A stretch of 64,000 nt of DNA from Gammaproteobacteria bacterium (GTDB taxonomy: Bacteria; Pseudomonadota; Gammaproteobacteria; SZUA-229), in contig WFMW01000031.1 in NCBI GenBank assembly GCA_015488885.1, positions 5,566 through 69,565 on the forward strand, in the 5' to 3' direction. Positions 23,631 through 32,736 of this stretch are shown here, piece after piece. Numbering within the stretch: position 1 is the first letter of the stretch; every line of letters starts with the position of its first letter. The position numbers and the translations under genes were made by a program. The notes beneath the pieces were generated by a model. It made no database searches. It was not told where the DNA came from and saw nothing but the letters and a program-made list of their open reading frames with translations.

Positions 23631-23697
23631 ATTAACATTAATGTCTATTAACACTAAATATTAACAATAAAATTAACAGAAAAATTAATAATAACAA
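23631..23697. repeat. Five phased ATTAA(C/T)A direct repeats, 12-16 bp apart, in the divergent dsrC-like / pyk promoter region
   Basis: Copies of ATTAACA at 23631, 23647, 23660 and 23672, and ATTAATA at 23684. They lie 20-90 bp upstream of the pyk start. Confidence 0.4.
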
Positions 23698-23717
23698 AGA
23701 TACACAGGCAGGCAGGA

Positions 23718-25205
23718 ATGACAAATAACAGCAGGGGCAATAAAAGTAGAAAAAACCCGGCTTTACACTGGCGAAGAACAAAAATACTAGCCACTCTGGG
23801 CCCCGCATCTGATACAGATAAAATGATTCATGCATTAATACAGGCAGGAGTTAATGTGTTTCGCCTGAATATGTCGCATGGTGACCATGCTTCCCATCAG
23901 CAGTTATTTATGCGTATCCGAGAACTTGCCAGACAACAGAATGCACAGGTTGCCATACTGGTAGATCTGTGTGGGCCTAAAATACGTGTGGGTCGATTTG
24001 TACACGGTGAGCTTACATTAAAACAACATTCATCTGTTGTTATTCGCTGTAGTAACCGCCCCGGTGAGAATAATATTATTCCATCACAGTATAAAAATTT
24101 ATATAAAGATGTGAAACCGGATGAGCGCATTCTGCTTGATGACGGTAATATTGAATTAAAGGTGGTAGCAGTAAAAGATAAAGATGTGATATGCAGGGTT
24201 ATTTATGGTGGGCAGTTAAAAGACCATAAAGGCATAAACCTGCCCGATTCCAGAGTCTCTGTTTCCAGTTTTACCCCTGGGGATAAACGTGATGCGAAGC
24301 TGGCGATAAAACTGGGTGCCGACTTTGTTGCATTAAGTTTTGTGCGGACTGAAAAAGATGTGCTGACATTAAAAAATTATATGAAACGTAATGGTGCCAG
24401 CATTCCAGTTATCGCAAAAATTGAAAAACCTGAAGCCGTTGACAATATCGAGGCAATCATAAAAGTTTCCTACGGTATTATGATTGCTCGTGGTGATCTG
24501 GGTATTGAATTACCAGCAGAAAAAGTTCCACTAATACAGAATAAATTAATTGCGCTAGCACGTATCCGGCATCGTCCGGTAATTGTCGCCACTCAGATGA
24601 TGGAGTCGATGATAAGTCATGCCCGACCGACACGGGCAGAAGTCAATGATGTCGCTAATGCGGCACTATCGGGGGCAGATGCAGTGATGTTGTCGGCAGA
24701 AACCGCCGTGGGGAAATACCCTGTCAGGACAGTAAAAACCATGGATACTATATTGCGTGAAGTTGAAATTAACCAATGGTTAAATAATCGGTTTGAAGAC
24801 GATGTAAAAGATAATCTTAGTTATGAAAAGCAGACAGCAAGCCAGCCCTCCACACGAAAAGCGATTGCTCATGCTGCCTGTATGTTAGCTGATGAACTAA
24901 AGCTGGAGGGAATTCTAGTGCCAACCAGATCCGGGATGACGGCGAATATTATTTCATCTGTTCGCCCATTAGCACCTTTGCTTGGCCTGTCATCAAGCCT
25001 GCAAACCTGTCGAAAACTGGCCTTGCACTGGGGTGTCGTACCACTTAGTATTAATGAAGTTGAGGCAAGAGACTGGCAGATTATGGTGAATACGGTATGT
25101 AAACAGTGTAAGCTGGCAAAAGCTGGCAGCCAGGTTTTACTGGTATCAGGTATTAATGATGACCCGGTTAAAAACAGGCCGGTATTAAAGATTATGACGG
25201 TATAA
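23718..25205 (+). CDS. pyk: Pyruvate kinase (PykA-like)
   Basis: RRTKILATLGPAS, NMSHG, MIARGDLGIE and MLSAETAVGKYP motifs. 495 aa. Confidence 0.9.
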   Translation: MTNNSRGNKSRKNPALHWRRTKILATLGPASDTDKMIHALIQAGVNVFRLNMSHGDHASHQQLFMRIRELARQQNAQVAILVDLCGPKIRVGRFVHGELTLKQHSSVVIRCSNRPGENNIIPSQYKNLYKDVKPDERILLDDGNIELKVVAVKDKDVICRVIYGGQLKDHKGINLPDSRVSVSSFTPGDKRDAKLAIKLGADFVALSFVRTEKDVLTLKNYMKRNGASIPVIAKIEKPEAVDNIEAIIKVSYGIMIARGDLGIELPAEKVPLIQNKLIALARIRHRPVIVATQMMESMISHARPTRAEVNDVANAALSGADAVMLSAETAVGKYPVRTVKTMDTILREVEINQWLNNRFEDDVKDNLSYEKQTASQPSTRKAIAHAACMLADELKLEGILVPTRSGMTANIISSVRPLAPLLGLSSSLQTCRKLALHWGVVPLSINEVEARDWQIMVNTVCKQCKLAKAGSQVLLVSGINDDPVKNRPVLKIMTV

Positions 25206-25837
25206 TGATGCATTCACAACGACAGTTAAGCCGAATATTTTTCCTGTGTGGCAGATGGTTTGCTATCACTTTATTTTCTGGCGTATTCTTCTCTATCACC
25301 TTGTTTTCCATTCGTGGTTTTGCAAACACGGTAAAAATACATAAAAACCCCGCCACGGGATTATTAACCTGGGCGGTTGAAGATAAGGGCTTCAGCCTTG
25401 AGCTTATTCAGCTTAACCCCGACTTTGTCCGCGCTGTTTATGAAAAACATGGCCTACCACAGGCAGAGGTTGAACGCATTGCGGGTTATTGTGTTTTTGG
25501 CTCTATCTTAAGAAATACCTCAGCAAAATATACCATGTATTATCGGGTGGCAAACTGGCGTTATCGAACTAAAAAGGGCAATGAATATCCGGTGAAAACG
25601 AAAACCCAGTGGTTGCACGAATGGAAAAAAGTCGGCGTGCCGTTTTCATGGACATTACTACCCGATGCGGGTGATTTTAATGTCGGGGACTGGCAACAGG
25701 GGTTTACTACGATAAAATTACCCAGAAATACGCGGTTTGATTTTATCTATAAATGGCAGATGGACGGTAAGCATTATCGCGGTACTATAAAAAACATGCG
25801 CTGCGCACCAGCGCGGCTGATGGGGGATAAAAAATAA
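25205..25837 (+). CDS. Hypothetical exported or membrane-anchored protein (Trp-rich, 210 aa)
   Basis: N-terminal hydrophobic segment. The start overlaps the pyk stop (TAATG), and its own stop overlaps the next start (ATGA). Confidence 0.45.
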   Translation: MMHSQRQLSRIFFLCGRWFAITLFSGVFFSITLFSIRGFANTVKIHKNPATGLLTWAVEDKGFSLELIQLNPDFVRAVYEKHGLPQAEVERIAGYCVFGSILRNTSAKYTMYYRVANWRYRTKKGNEYPVKTKTQWLHEWKKVGVPFSWTLLPDAGDFNVGDWQQGFTTIKLPRNTRFDFIYKWQMDGKHYRGTIKNMRCAPARLMGDKK

Positions 25838-26385
25838 TGATAAAACAGTGGGTAAAATTGAAAAGCCTGGCAACGACGGCTCTTATTTTGACTAGTTTTT
25901 CCTTACATGCCAGCTGGTTGCAGCCACCTTTAAGCCATACGCTGACAGCGGTTAAAACACCCTTTATGGCAAAAGATTTTTCGCTACCAGATGTAGATGA
26001 AGAAATGGTTAAGTTTTCTGCTTACCGGGGAAAAGTTATTTTAATCAATTTCTGGGCGACCTGGTGCCCACCCTGTGTGCGTGAAATGCCTTCAATGGAA
26101 CGTTTATACCGGCAATTAAAAAAAGATAAGTTTGTGGTAATAGCGATTGATCAGATGGAAGATGAGGATCAGGTATTTGCTTTTACCGGCCAGCTATCTA
26201 TTGAGCCAACCTTTACCCTGTTGCTGGATAAAAACAGTAAAGTAGCAAACAGTTACGGGGTCAAAGGTTTACCCACAACCTTTATTATTGATAAAAAAGG
26301 CAGGGTACGTTACCGGGCCATTGGCGGGCGCGAACTTGACCATGCTCAGATAAAAAAAATCATTAAGCAGTTAATTGCAGAATAA
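25837..26385 (+). CDS. TlpA/ResA-like periplasmic thiol:disulfide oxidoreductase
   Basis: Signal peptide. WATWCPPC thioredoxin-fold CxxC motif. 182 aa. Confidence 0.8.
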   Translation: MIKQWVKLKSLATTALILTSFSLHASWLQPPLSHTLTAVKTPFMAKDFSLPDVDEEMVKFSAYRGKVILINFWATWCPPCVREMPSMERLYRQLKKDKFVVIAIDQMEDEDQVFAFTGQLSIEPTFTLLLDKNSKVANSYGVKGLPTTFIIDKKGRVRYRAIGGRELDHAQIKKIIKQLIAE

Positions 26386-26413
26386 ATATTTTTTGGTTTT
26401 GTTTAGAGCCTCT

Positions 26414-26908
26414 TTAGCCTGTACTGGGCAGATCAATACCCGCAAAGGCATCATCGGCAAAGTCATCTTCTGTATCTGCATCGTCTTCCGATAATTCCAC
26501 CTGCTCAAGTAAATTAATAGCAATGGCAATAAAATCACTGTCTGTAATAATACCTACCAGCTGGTGGTCAGACATGACAGGTAAACAGCCATATTTATGT
26601 TCCTGAAGATACAGTGCTGCCTGTCGTAATGAGTTTGCTGGATGCACGACTTTAACATTTCTAATCATAATATCACCAAGATGGATATTATTCGCAGAAC
26701 CATCAGTATCTGCAAGATGAGATAAGTCAGGTTCGCTGGCAGCCAGTACATCACGTTGTGTTACTAGCCCGAGCAGGTGGTTCTGCTTATCGGTAATCGG
26801 AATATGGCGAATATGTTTTGTTGTCATAATTGCCCGTGCGGCTTCCATCGAGTCAGCTTCACGCATAGTGTAAGGATCTGCTGTCATAAATTCTTCTATA
26901 GTAATCAT
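26414..26908 (-). CDS. CBS-pair domain protein with an acidic C-terminal tail
   Basis: Two CBS motifs (HIRHIPITD..LLGLVTQRDVL and GCLPVMSDHQLVGIITDSD). Poly-Asp/Glu tail. Confidence 0.7.
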   Translation of the reverse strand: MITIEEFMTADPYTMREADSMEAARAIMTTKHIRHIPITDKQNHLLGLVTQRDVLAASEPDLSHLADTDGSANNIHLGDIMIRNVKVVHPANSLRQAALYLQEHKYGCLPVMSDHQLVGIITDSDFIAIAINLLEQVELSEDDADTEDDFADDAFAGIDLPSTG

Positions 26909-27015
26909 TTTTTCTTTGTCCTGCCTGTTATGTTACATGCGACTATATTTACAGATATTGAGAAAAAGAATATTGATTAAAGTCAATCAGCCAGAAAAAA
27001 TGTTTACCACCTGAG

Positions 27016-27672
27016 CTATTGCACCGGTAACACATAGAAATAGACGGCAATAAAATGGCAGCAGCTGCCCAACAACACAAACAGGTGAAAAATAGCATGG
27101 TTAAAGCTAATCTTTTTAATACTGTATAAAATGGCACCCAATGTGTAAGCCAGGCCGCCTGCAACCAGCCAGAACAAGCCCTCAGCAGGCAGCCTGTGAA
27201 TTAACGGATTTATCGCAAAGATAATTATCCAGCCCATAAAAACATACATTAGTGTGGACAGTAAATCATATTTTCCGGTAAAAAATAACTTTAATATAAT
27301 GCCAGTCAGTGCCAGCCCCCAGCTAAATCCAAACAGCACCCAACCACTTACCCCATTTAAAGTTACCAAAGTAAACGGGGTATAAGTGCCTGCAATCAGG
27401 ACATAGATCATGGCATGGTCAAGCACCTGCAAGCGGCGCCGCAGGACAGGTTCCTTTGCGACATGATAGAGGGTTGAAGCAGCATAGAGAAGAATTAAAC
27501 TGCTGCCAAAAATACTGAAACTGACGATATGCCACGCATTGCCATACAGGCTGGCGCGTACCACCAATAACACTAAAGCTACAATACTTAAAATAAAGCC
27601 GATAGCATGGGAAAGAATATTCATTCTTTCTTCAATCGAAGAGTACAACTCAATCTCGTATTTTTGTTGCAT
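27016..27672 (-). CDS. Hemolysin III / PAQR family membrane protein
   Basis: 7-TM profile with conserved His residues (NILSHAIG, HAIFHLFV). Confidence 0.85.
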   Translation of the reverse strand: MQQKYEIELYSSIEERMNILSHAIGFILSIVALVLLVVRASLYGNAWHIVSFSIFGSSLILLYAASTLYHVAKEPVLRRRLQVLDHAMIYVLIAGTYTPFTLVTLNGVSGWVLFGFSWGLALTGIILKLFFTGKYDLLSTLMYVFMGWIIIFAINPLIHRLPAEGLFWLVAGGLAYTLGAILYSIKKISFNHAIFHLFVLLGSCCHFIAVYFYVLPVQ

Positions 27673-27835
27673 ATTGCCTCAAAAAAGATTTATTATACAA
27701 TTTGCGTGAAAATTTCATAGAGATATGTGGACGTGACAGGCACGATCAGTTATTGATCTGTTTTTTGATCTGCATCAAGATAAATATAACTTGATATAGA
27801 TAACATATAGATTATAAAATTTTATTCAAGGGGAT

Positions 27836-27853
27836 TATATTCAAGCTTGAATA
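27836..27853. promoter_or_regulatory. 18-bp perfect palindrome ATATTCAAGCTTGAATAT
   Basis: Exact dyad symmetry in the intergenic region between the hemolysin-III gene and the small ORF at 27894. Confidence 0.3.
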
Positions 27854-27893
27854 TTATGTTAAAGGCAATTTTTTATTTAAAGCAGGTAAATAC

Positions 27894-28023
27894 GATGGAA
27901 GTTTTTAAAAATTTGTTTTCTGACTATACCGGGCTGTTAACCATTGGCGTGATTGTATTTATGCTGGTGATGATGGCCTTTCTAGCGGTAATGTTTATCA
28001 AAAAAATGAACAACCGGGAATAA
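27894..28023 (+). pseudogene. Possible frameshifted gene for a 42-aa single-TM micro-protein
   Basis: The first 22 codons (MEVFKNLFSDYTGLLTIGVIVF) continue seamlessly as a TM helix in the +1 frame after TTTAATG (MLVMMAFLAVMFIKKMNNRE-stop at 28021). The in-frame continuation is low-complexity and overlaps the downstream gene. Confidence 0.25.
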
Positions 28024-28044
28024 GTGGCAATTCTGGGCAAAGTG

Positions 28045-28446
28045 CTAATAATATATTTGTGAGTGCTGCTGAAAGCTGTACCAGCTGATTGTGCCGCCGT
28101 GAAGCAGCTCAAATAATATAAAGCCGACAATGCCAATGATTGCCATCATGATGGCACCAAACAGTGCGCTGCCAAAACCACGCACTTCAAAATCGGGCAC
28201 AATAGCGGCCGCCAGCATTATCATTAAAGCATTGATAACCAGTGCAAACAGGCCAAAAGTTAATATTGATAATGGTGCGGTCAATAACCACAGCACCGGT
28301 CGGATAAAGGCATTGATAAGGCCCAGCACAATGGCTGCAACCAGCAATGTCGAGGTAGATTTTATATTTATCCCCGGCACAATAAGTGCGGTTAGTCCAA
28401 GGCCGACAGCGGTAATTAACCAGATTGTAAGGATGCTGCTTAACAT
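28045..28446 (-). CDS. DUF360 / 4-TMS phage-holin-superfamily-IV-like membrane protein
   Basis: 133 aa with four hydrophobic helices and the typical GLINAFIRP motif. Confidence 0.55.
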   Translation of the reverse strand: MLSSILTIWLITAVGLGLTALIVPGINIKSTSTLLVAAIVLGLINAFIRPVLWLLTAPLSILTFGLFALVINALMIMLAAAIVPDFEVRGFGSALFGAIMMAIIGIVGFILFELLHGGTISWYSFQQHSQIYY

Positions 28447-28460
28447 GGGTTAGATACTCT

Positions 28461-29018
28461 TTATTTGTGTGAAAAAGGATCAGCGGTTTTGTCTACGGAA
28501 AACGCAGCTTTTTTACGCTGTGGTTGAATATCCGGGTTTGCTGACGTGGTAATGTCTGGTTTTTTAGAGGAAAAACAGCATCTGGTAATTTCTTCTATGG
28601 CAGTGTTTTCACCAACTTTCTGTAAATTAAAAGTTCTGCGATAAGGCTGATAATTGCCACCTGCTGCCAGATTTAACGTGGTGACAATACGCAAAAAATA
28701 GGTTTTTCCTGCCTGCATATCCAGTCTGGAAACATGGTTTCCTGTAAATTTTACTGCCGTCTGTAATGTTATCTGATGCTGGCCAGTCGGTAACTGGAGA
28801 TATTTTAACTGCCCCGAATTTACTTCAAAATGATTTTTCCTGTCAACATTAATCTGCGTGGAATACAGGCCGTTTGCCATGGCGGGTGGGCGGTAAATAT
28901 ACAAACCAGCCTGATTTTTGTCAGAGACAGGTTCTATTTTAAATATCCGTTCACTGGTTTGAGTTTTACTGATAACATTGCAGCCAGTAAGAAAAATACA
29001 TAGCAGAATAGACCGCAT
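28461..29018 (-). CDS. Hypothetical lipoprotein
   Basis: Lipobox LTGC after MRSILLCIF. The start is taken at the internal Met. Beta-rich periplasmic protein of unknown family. Confidence 0.4.
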   Translation of the reverse strand: MRSILLCIFLTGCNVISKTQTSERIFKIEPVSDKNQAGLYIYRPPAMANGLYSTQINVDRKNHFEVNSGQLKYLQLPTGQHQITLQTAVKFTGNHVSRLDMQAGKTYFLRIVTTLNLAAGGNYQPYRRTFNLQKVGENTAIEEITRCCFSSKKPDITTSANPDIQPQRKKAAFSVDKTADPFSHK

Positions 29019-29125
29019 GATTAGTGGATTTATAGAGGGTATATACTGCATGAAATAGTCAGTTTAAATAAATTTTGTTTAAAAAATAAGAGAGTGGCTA
29101 CCATAACATTATTATTACCGGTACA

Positions 29126-31729
29126 TCAATATTCCAGTAACTCACGAACTCGGGTAAGTAGCCTCTGTGATGTGTAAGGTTTGTCGATGATGTGTTTTTG
29201 CAAAGTCTTATCAGCCGTCGGGTTATGGCGTTCATCAGCAAAACCGCTGACCAGCTGAATGCGTATCTGTGGATAAATGCGTTTAACTTCTGCGGCGAGT
29301 TGATAGCCATCCATTTGAGGCATAATAAGGTCAGTAATAATCAGGTCTACTTTTTCCTTTTCGAGAAGCTGCAATGCCTGTAAGCCATTATGAGCAGTAA
29401 AAACCCGATAACCATATTCGGTCAGAATATTGGCAGTGAGTGAAACAATCGCCTGCTCATCATCTACAACCAGTATGCTTTCTGTTCCATGCAGATCCTT
29501 TCCCAGGCCATCGATGTCATCTTCTGCCTTACTGATGGTTTGCTGGCTGCGTGGGAAATACAGGGCAAATTGTGTGCCCTGCCCCGGTTCAGAAAAAACC
29601 TGTATCTGCCCACCGCTACGCTGGATAAAACCATAAACCTGGCTTAAACCCAGACCCGAACCACGCTTACCTTTGGTGGTATAAAAAGGGTCAAAAATTT
29701 GTTCACGGGTTTTTTCATCCATCCCACAGCCGGTATCGGTAATGGTGAGCAGAACATAATCTCCCGGGTTCATATTATATTGCCTGGTATCTGCCACAGT
29801 AAGCGGCCGGTTGCAAGTGTGAATGGTAAGCTGTCCGTTACCTTCCATCGCATGCATGGCATTAATACATAAATTGAGAATGGCATCTTCAAAATCACTG
29901 TCATCAATACAAACGGCCCATAATTGTGGCGCAAGATTAAAATTTAGTTTAATCCTTGCAGTCAGTGTTTTTTCGAGAACCTGCTGTTGCTCCTGTATCA
30001 GCGTATTAAGATTGAACAGAGCTACCTGACCACCTTCCTGCCGGGTAAAAGACAGTAGTTTACGGGTTAGTTTTCCACCACGTTGGGCAGCGTGGTAAAT
30101 CTGGTGTGCATAACGGGCAAGGATGGGCTGATCGTCGAGTTGCCTTTCCAGTAATTCAGCGTAACCCAGAACAATACCAAGCATATTATTGTAATCATGG
30201 GCAACGCCACCGGTGAGCTGGCCAAGAGCTTCCATTTTCTGGCTGCGACGCAAGGTTTCTTCCTGTTTTTTTCGTTCGGTAATGTCGGTGGCAATACAGC
30301 AGATGGCATAAATTTTATTATTAACATCCAGCAGTGGAAATTTAACAGAAAGAAAATCATGTAATTGATTATGGATTGCTATCTGCTCTTCCCTTTCCAG
30401 GGTATCACCACCAGTCAGTATCTGCTGTTCAAGCTGAGCCTGTTTTTGCGCAAAATCTGCCGGGAAAATATCAAAATCTGTTTTGCCGGGAAGGTCATCC
30501 TGTTGCTGAAATAACTGCTTGAAGGTCTGGTTGGCAAAAAGATAGTGGCCCTGAGTATCCTTGGCATAAATAACCGCAGGGGAATGATCCATAATAGCCT
30601 GTAAGTTACGCTTGCTGCGAGCGGTTGATTCGCGTAGCTGATATTGTTCAGTGACATTATTAAACACCAGCACCATACCAAGAATATCGCCATTTCGATC
30701 CCGGATGGGTGACGCGGAGTCAGCAATCTGGTATTCGGTTTTATCCCGGGCAATCAGGGTGGTATGGTTACTGAGGTAAATAACTTCACCTGTGGCCAGA
30801 ACCTTATCCACCGGGTTATCGATGGGCAGTCGAGTACTGGCATCAATGATGCTAAAAATAGACTTTAATGGCTGGTCTCGGGTTTCCTCGGTTTGCCAGC
30901 CGGTTAACTGTTCAGCAACGCTATTCATGTACAGCAGGTTACCGTTCCTGTCGGTTACAATGACGGCATCAGCAATCGACTCCAGCGTTACCTGATGAAA
31001 TTCCTTTTCCTTAAACAACTGATTATAACTACCCGACAGACGCTGCATCAGATCGCTGAAATTGCGTGCCAGCAGGCCGACTTCATCACTGCGCTCGAGT
31101 AATTGCGGGGAAAGCACAGGAAGATAATCCTCGGTCTGCCGCATAACCGATGCCAGTTTTTCAATCGGTGTCAGCGCACGGCGAAGGATAATGGCGGTGG
31201 CAATAGAGAGCAATATTAGAGTAATGAGCAAGCTGGCCATTAAACGCAGGGTTATAGGTGTGGAATAAATGATGGAAGAGTCGAGATAATAGGCAAGATG
31301 AGCATTGGCTACATGCCTGTTACCCAGATAGGCAGGGTAAACCACTTCCCGAACCGGGCGGCCACGGTAGTTGGCATTTCGTAGTAGCGGTTTTTTCAAC
31401 TTACCCAGCGGGATCGTTCTGGTCGCTACCGCAGCGGGGTTGGTATCAGCAATAATCAACCCGTTGCTACGATTTATATAGGCATAAGCAAAACCATCAT
31501 CCAGAACCGACACCTGTAGGAGCCGATCCAGCTGCTCATAATCTTTTGCTGCCAGTGCGTCGAGGCTGCTTTCAGCCAGATTTCTGGTGAGTGTCCGTGC
31601 CTGCTGTAAACGGAATGCTGCGGCTGTATTTTGTGCATCATCAATCAGTAAAAAAGCCATCACACTGGCGCTGATAATAAATAGCAATAATAGACTAAAC
31701 AGTATCCGGTAAAAAAGTGCCGATTTCAT
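29126..31729 (-). CDS. Hybrid sensor histidine kinase / response regulator (TM-periplasmic sensor-TM-HAMP-2xPAS-HisKA-HATPase-REC)
   Basis: H-box GGVAHDYNNML. G-boxes DTGCGMD and GSGLGLS. C-terminal REC with VVDDE...DLIITDLIMP. Confidence 0.9.
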   Translation of the reverse strand: MKSALFYRILFSLLLLFIISASVMAFLLIDDAQNTAAAFRLQQARTLTRNLAESSLDALAAKDYEQLDRLLQVSVLDDGFAYAYINRSNGLIIADTNPAAVATRTIPLGKLKKPLLRNANYRGRPVREVVYPAYLGNRHVANAHLAYYLDSSIIYSTPITLRLMASLLITLILLSIATAIILRRALTPIEKLASVMRQTEDYLPVLSPQLLERSDEVGLLARNFSDLMQRLSGSYNQLFKEKEFHQVTLESIADAVIVTDRNGNLLYMNSVAEQLTGWQTEETRDQPLKSIFSIIDASTRLPIDNPVDKVLATGEVIYLSNHTTLIARDKTEYQIADSASPIRDRNGDILGMVLVFNNVTEQYQLRESTARSKRNLQAIMDHSPAVIYAKDTQGHYLFANQTFKQLFQQQDDLPGKTDFDIFPADFAQKQAQLEQQILTGGDTLEREEQIAIHNQLHDFLSVKFPLLDVNNKIYAICCIATDITERKKQEETLRRSQKMEALGQLTGGVAHDYNNMLGIVLGYAELLERQLDDQPILARYAHQIYHAAQRGGKLTRKLLSFTRQEGGQVALFNLNTLIQEQQQVLEKTLTARIKLNFNLAPQLWAVCIDDSDFEDAILNLCINAMHAMEGNGQLTIHTCNRPLTVADTRQYNMNPGDYVLLTITDTGCGMDEKTREQIFDPFYTTKGKRGSGLGLSQVYGFIQRSGGQIQVFSEPGQGTQFALYFPRSQQTISKAEDDIDGLGKDLHGTESILVVDDEQAIVSLTANILTEYGYRVFTAHNGLQALQLLEKEKVDLIITDLIMPQMDGYQLAAEVKRIYPQIRIQLVSGFADERHNPTADKTLQKHIIDKPYTSQRLLTRVRELLEY

Positions 31730-31744
31730 GACTATATGTTTGGT

Positions 31745-32641
31745 CTATAATTGCCCGGTGGCAATCAGTTTTTTAATTATGCTATTCATTTTTTTACTAT
31801 CATAGCGTACAAATGACTGAATTTTCATACTATGCATGTTAGCAAGTACCTGCCTGCCCGTCGGATTTTTCTCCATGATAAGCAACTGGTGCCGAAACTG
31901 TTTAATCTGCTGTGGCGGCAAATTGAGGCGTGCTGCAATAAGACTTTCAGGGTATTCAGGGCTATTACCAATGATTTTTAAATCGCCGGTTTTAATCTTC
32001 TGACTCATTAACTTGAAATTAACCCCGCACATGGTACCGGCATCATAGTCACCGAGTAATACGCCATGAATGGAATTAGTCAGGTTTCGGGTAAATTCAG
32101 GCTTAAAATCTCGATCGCTTTTCAACCCGGCAGCATACAGGTAGGCGCGTGGTGCCATATACCCACCTGCGCCCAGAGGGCTGACAAAAGCGATGGATTT
32201 TCCGTTCAGATCGCCAATGCTCTGTATATGACTGTTTTTGCGTACAAAGATTTCACTGTGGCTGGTAGTGTTACCCGCTATATTTCTTATTTGTGCAACG
32301 GCAAGTGCCTGATGCGTCTGTAACAGACGGTAAAACACGTATGAATTAATATAAAAAAAATCAACCTTACCCTGTAAAATGGCCTGCTTCATTTTGCTAA
32401 AACCATGGGGAACAACCAGCTCAACCGGTCGGCCAAGCTGTTTCTGCATATAATCAGCAAATGGTTGCCATTTGGCATACAGGCGTGCAGGTGGTGCGAT
32501 GGATAATATGCCTAAGTGAATCACCTCAGGTTTTGCGGCCAGACTCGGTGGCAAGCTCAGGTAGCAGAAAAATAAAATCACCAGGCGGGGCAGTGCGGGA
32601 AAGTTTAAAACCTTACCTCGATGGTTAAATAAATGCATCAT
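31745..32641 (-). CDS. PhnD/SsuA-like periplasmic substrate-binding protein, likely the sensing partner of the downstream hybrid kinase
   Basis: Signal peptide. Phosphonate-binding-protein-like fold motifs (GILSIAPPARLY, FFYINSYVFYRL). 15-bp gap to the kinase gene. Confidence 0.7.
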   Translation of the reverse strand: MMHLFNHRGKVLNFPALPRLVILFFCYLSLPPSLAAKPEVIHLGILSIAPPARLYAKWQPFADYMQKQLGRPVELVVPHGFSKMKQAILQGKVDFFYINSYVFYRLLQTHQALAVAQIRNIAGNTTSHSEIFVRKNSHIQSIGDLNGKSIAFVSPLGAGGYMAPRAYLYAAGLKSDRDFKPEFTRNLTNSIHGVLLGDYDAGTMCGVNFKLMSQKIKTGDLKIIGNSPEYPESLIAARLNLPPQQIKQFRHQLLIMEKNPTGRQVLANMHSMKIQSFVRYDSKKMNSIIKKLIATGQL

Positions 32642-32736
32642 TTATTAACTACCTCTGATAGTGACTATTGAGAAGATAATAATAGTTCCAACTCAGTATG
32701 GGATACAGTGTTCAGGCAGGTAGATCTGTCGTACCT

